A stretch of 64,000 nt of DNA from assembly GCF_009914755.1 (NCBI RefSeq), contig NC_060930.1. One strand, given 5' to 3'. Shown one piece after another: positions 59,791-64,000 of the stretch. Position 1 is the first letter of the stretch, and each line of letters opens with the position of its first letter. The notes beneath the pieces are model-generated. The model saw nothing but the letters and a program-made list of their open reading frames with translations. It made no database searches and had not been told where the DNA came from. The stretch is from the human T2T-CHM13v2.0 reference genome, Homo sapiens. The position numbers and the translations under genes were made by a program.

Positions 59791-60330
59791 TGCTTTATGG
59801 CTAAAGGCGCCTTCTAGCCCTCCCAGCTCTGCCTGGTTTCTCATTCCTCATTGCCTGCGAGCAAAAGCCCAGCCTTCTGTGCCAGCCCCTCACACCCTGG
59901 CGGTCTCGGTCCAGCCACCTAACATAGGCTCCCTAGAACTCAGGATTGCCTGTTCTCAGGACTCCAAACACCACTGCTTCTGGAACTTTGACAAGGCAGT
60001 GGCATGCTCGCTTCCTGCCTGGGTCATGAAGATCCCCTCTCAGAACCACCTGCCCCTCTTGCAGCAGACCCCTCCTGCAGGCCAAGACCTCAGCCAAATC
60101 AGAGGCAGCCCAGAAGGAAAGGCAACTTTCTGTGAAGACAGATCCCAGTGCAATCCCAACTCTTCCTCTTGCTATGTGATCTTGACTGATTTATTTAAAC
60201 TACTGAGTCCAATTGGCCTCATCTGTAAAATAATGGTACTTTCAGAGGTAGGAAATTACTATTTTACCACAACCAGTACCAGTTTCACATGGGAAAGGAA
60301 TGATCTTAGTTTAGTAAAATGCACAGTAGG

Positions 60331-60662
<332 letters not shown>

Positions 60663-62244
60663 CTAGTCTGCATGAGAAGGGACCAGAATTGGTGGTGGGC
60701 TCGGGGAGAGGATTAGAGAAGAGAGGGCTGCAGCAACCAGGAACGGAGGCAGAAGGGTAGGAAATGCCCAGGGGCTTCCTAAGAACTTAAGTCCACTTTT
60801 AAATTTCCCTGCATCTTGGAGTGAGATGCACGTTTCCAGCTATTGCCCCTAAATCTTCAGAAAAATCTCTACATCCAACTTCCATGCCTGCTTGTACTCA
60901 GAAGCTTGGGGATCAGGGAAAGTTTCTGGGTCTGTGCTGGGAGGTGTCATAGGAAGAGACACAAAATGAAGAAGAAGGATAATTCAGCAGAATTCTGAAA
61001 TCAGCGCCAGAAGAGGATAGAAGAAGCACCAATCTCTGAGAATTCCCAGAAGTCTTGGTGAGGGCACTGCACATGCCAGGGGGAGGGGTTCAAGACAATC
61101 AGGTCTAGATCTTAAGGGACAGATGACCCCGGCTGACACCAGGGTTGGGCCACTTTTTAAGGCACTGGAGGAGAGTCAGCAGCTTCTGTGGGTATTTGTA
61201 TTCAAAGGGCTCTCTTACAAGACATTCACGGACATTACCCTAGCTGGGGGACTTGGCCCCCTGGTGCTCTCTCTTACCTGGCTTGGGTCAGAGGGTAGGG
61301 TTTAGGTGATTTGCTTCCTGAAAGCATGGGGATGCCTAGCTGGTTCCTTAATGCCTTCTGATGCCTCTGTGTCCCCAGTGCAGCCCTGAGGTGTGGGACC
61401 AAGCCTCAGAAAACAAATCACATGCACTGAAGCAATTTCTGCTTTGAGTGCTGGTCTGCTCTCCAGACCCACTGGTTATTTGAGTGAGCCAGCGAATGAG
61501 TGAAGAACTGCTCAGGAATTCCATCCTGTCCAAGTGGTTGGAGTGATGCAGCCAGCTTCCAAGAGTGAGCTGAGTCCCCTTCACCTTAACAGCTGCAAGG
61601 ATGCAGGGGAGTGTTGGTGGAAGAGTGGTGCATCTTTGCACAGAAATTCAGGTTCTAGGCTTGGGCTTAGAGGGAAGCCAGATATTCAGGCCTATCCTTG
61701 GCCATCCTGGTAACCAGTACTCTTGGAGGTCCTCCACCTCCCTAGGAGGGCTGCTGGTTCTACTCATGAGGGGAACTCCACAAGCTCCTTTGGATGGGGC
61801 TCCTTGCTTCTCTCTGCCCTCTCCTCTACTGCGTGATCCCATTAAGCTGCTCTGGCTCCTGGAAGGCAAAGTCCAGGAAATTCATAGTCTCTAAGCAGAC
61901 TTTAACCCCAGCCTGTACCACAAGGCTCCCCAGAGGTGCAGGAGCACAGAGAAGCTTCCCACTTGGAACAGAGGGAAAAATACAGCATGAATTCATGTCT
62001 CAATGAATTATCCTGCAATCATCTTCATATAAATCACCTCAAATGGCTCAGATGTAGGGGGCTGGTGCAAGTTTGTGTTGCCACAAGAAAGCTTTCCTGG
62101 GACATTTGGGAGCCCAGCTCTTTGAACCCAGGATTTAGAGAGGAATTGTAAGCTATATCCCTGGAGACCCCAGCCTCCTTCCTCAGCACTGTCACCTGGG
62201 AATGCCACTTCCTTACTCCAAAAAGGCTTCTAGTCCCTGTTGTC

Positions 62245-62675
62245 TGTTGACCTAAAAGGTAAAGAAGCTGAGGCAAAATTAATATAAGTAGAAAGTTTAT
62301 TTGGGCCAGGCCTGAGGATTACAACCCAGCAGTATAGATTCAAGTTGTCCTGAGTATACTGTCTAATTAGCAGCAGTTACAAATGGGAAGGAAGAGGCCA
62401 TTCCTGAGTTGTTTACCAAGACTTTACCTTAAAATAACATAAACTGTTGACTATACATTGTTAAGCTATAGACTGGGTTATAGTTTCTGGTGGAGCATTA
62501 TTAGGTTACTTTGTAGCTACTAGTGGCAATAGCAAGCAGTTTTAAGAGATGAATACATATCTTAAAAATGGGGTGGGGGAGTAGGATGTGATTGTGGCTA
62601 TAGTTTCATGCCTCTCTGGGTCTGATAATTTAAAAGGATTTGCGTTTCTCAGATAAATTTTCTTTTATTTTCTCA
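62245..62675 (-). mobile_element. ERV1 MER4-group 3' LTR (MER65/MER57-like)
   Basis: TG...CA-bounded 431 bp. A polypurine tract (minus strand atcaaaagagggaaa, 62676-62690) lies immediately upstream of the LTR start. Confidence 0.8.
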
Positions 62676-64000
62676 TTTCCCTCTTTTGATAAAAAATATT
62701 TCTTCTTGAAAGCATTGATGATCAAAATCTGAGTGTCAAGGTGTCCCTCATTGCTGGGAAGGCTCGATCTTAGGGTAGTCCTGTCAAAGTCATTGATCTA
62801 TAGCTGCTGTCACTTGTTAAATCATCTCTAGTCTGTAGGGTACCATGAATTTAGTTTTCTTAGAAGTAGTAAAACAATGAGAGATATATAGTAGAAATAT
62901 AATACGCACAAGGACTATAATAAAGAAGAAAATGTGTATGCCAAAATTTTTAATAAACCTATTCCATTGGGGAAGTCAGTTAAACGCATCATGAAGAAAA
63001 TTAAAGCCTGGTCCTTTTTTAGAGACTTGTATCCAGGAAGTAGTTCAGGATGTAGTCCAAATTGTAGGAAGATAATAAAAACTCAGAAAAATGGACAGGG
63101 CTAGAGTCTAATAACAGGTGTACTGTAGTTTTCTTCTGAAACATAATTTTTTTCTGTTTTCAGCCCCCATTTTTACCAACGATAAATCTTAGTAGGACCA
63201 ATTTATTTGTAAAATAAGTTTTAATGTTATACTTGGTCTGATTACTTGCATAAAGTGCAAGAAAAATGATTGGCCAAATAGGCTCTTTTAGGTTGACTTT
63301 GCTGGAACTTTCATAAGGAATTTTGGATTACACTGTTAAAAGTTTTGAGGTTAGGAAATCAAGCCAAGGATTCACCACTAGACTGCCATTGTAATACCTG
63401 TAGGAATTGGTAAATTTGTCTCTTCACAAGGTCCCCAAAATATCTTGAGGTTCCCAAACCTGTCTAAAAGTGACATTCTTTACTTACCACAAGGACAGAA
63501 ATCTTGGAACTGTGTAAGATAAGGTTTCAGGCCAGTCTTTCCAAGAGGCTTTTTATCAGCTCTATAAAGTCAACCTCAATTCCTCAAAGCAGTCTGATCA
63601 TCTCTGAAAATATACCATTCCAGTCAAAGTCTGGCTAAAAACACCACCACCACCAAACAATGTCTTCAGTTGTGTCCTGTTACAGAAAACAGATTCTTAT
63701 TGAACTAGTGCAGATTACTAGATTGCCATGAAATAAGAATACCCATGAATAATTTCCAAATTTGGGGGAAACAAAGTAGAGAGAAAGGCAAATGTTTTGA
63801 TTTTGCTTATAAAGATATATTACCCAATTGCTATAACCTATAAATAGCTCAAAAGAAAAATGTATTTTTGACTCTGGAAAACAAAATATAAAAAAAATCA
63901 GCAATGTTTGAAATAAAAGGTCTTAAAAATCATTTCAGTTCTTTATCAGTTTAGTGACATGTAATTCATGTTCTGCTTGATGTTGGGTTAGTAATCTTCA
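62676..64000 (-). mobile_element. ERV1 MER4-group internal region, continuing beyond the window
   Basis: AT-rich MER4-int-like sequence (gacattctttacttaccac, ctataaagtcaacctcaattcctcaaagcagtctg) contiguous with the PPT and LTR. Confidence 0.75.

Overview
This is primate, very probably human, non-coding genomic DNA, as shown by AluY/AluS, L1PA2, L1PB, MIR, L2, MaLR/ERV LTRs and hAT/Tigger fossils. I cannot support an intact protein-coding gene, tRNA/rRNA gene or CRISPR array, and the long ORFs in the track come from repeats. The main items are: (1) a nearly full-length, decayed hAT transposase resembling KIAA1586 (~10.7-13.7 kb), split by younger insertions; (2) a decayed ERV internal region with an env immunosuppressive-domain relic (~9.9 kb); (3) a ~1.37 kb minisatellite of 30-bp units that arose inside a MIR and has 90-bp and 180-bp higher-order structure; (4) a CpG-rich segment (~46.3-46.95 kb) with a hairpin-containing ~70-bp tandem duplication followed by a perfect splice donor, a candidate lncRNA promoter/first exon; (5) a 66-bp nested palindrome; (6) two spaced direct duplications of unique-looking sequence; (7) repeat-free, motif-dense candidate enhancers. 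Subfamily names and protein similarities come from recalled consensus sequences and need Dfam/BLAST confirmation. I found no demonstrable novel multi-gene system.
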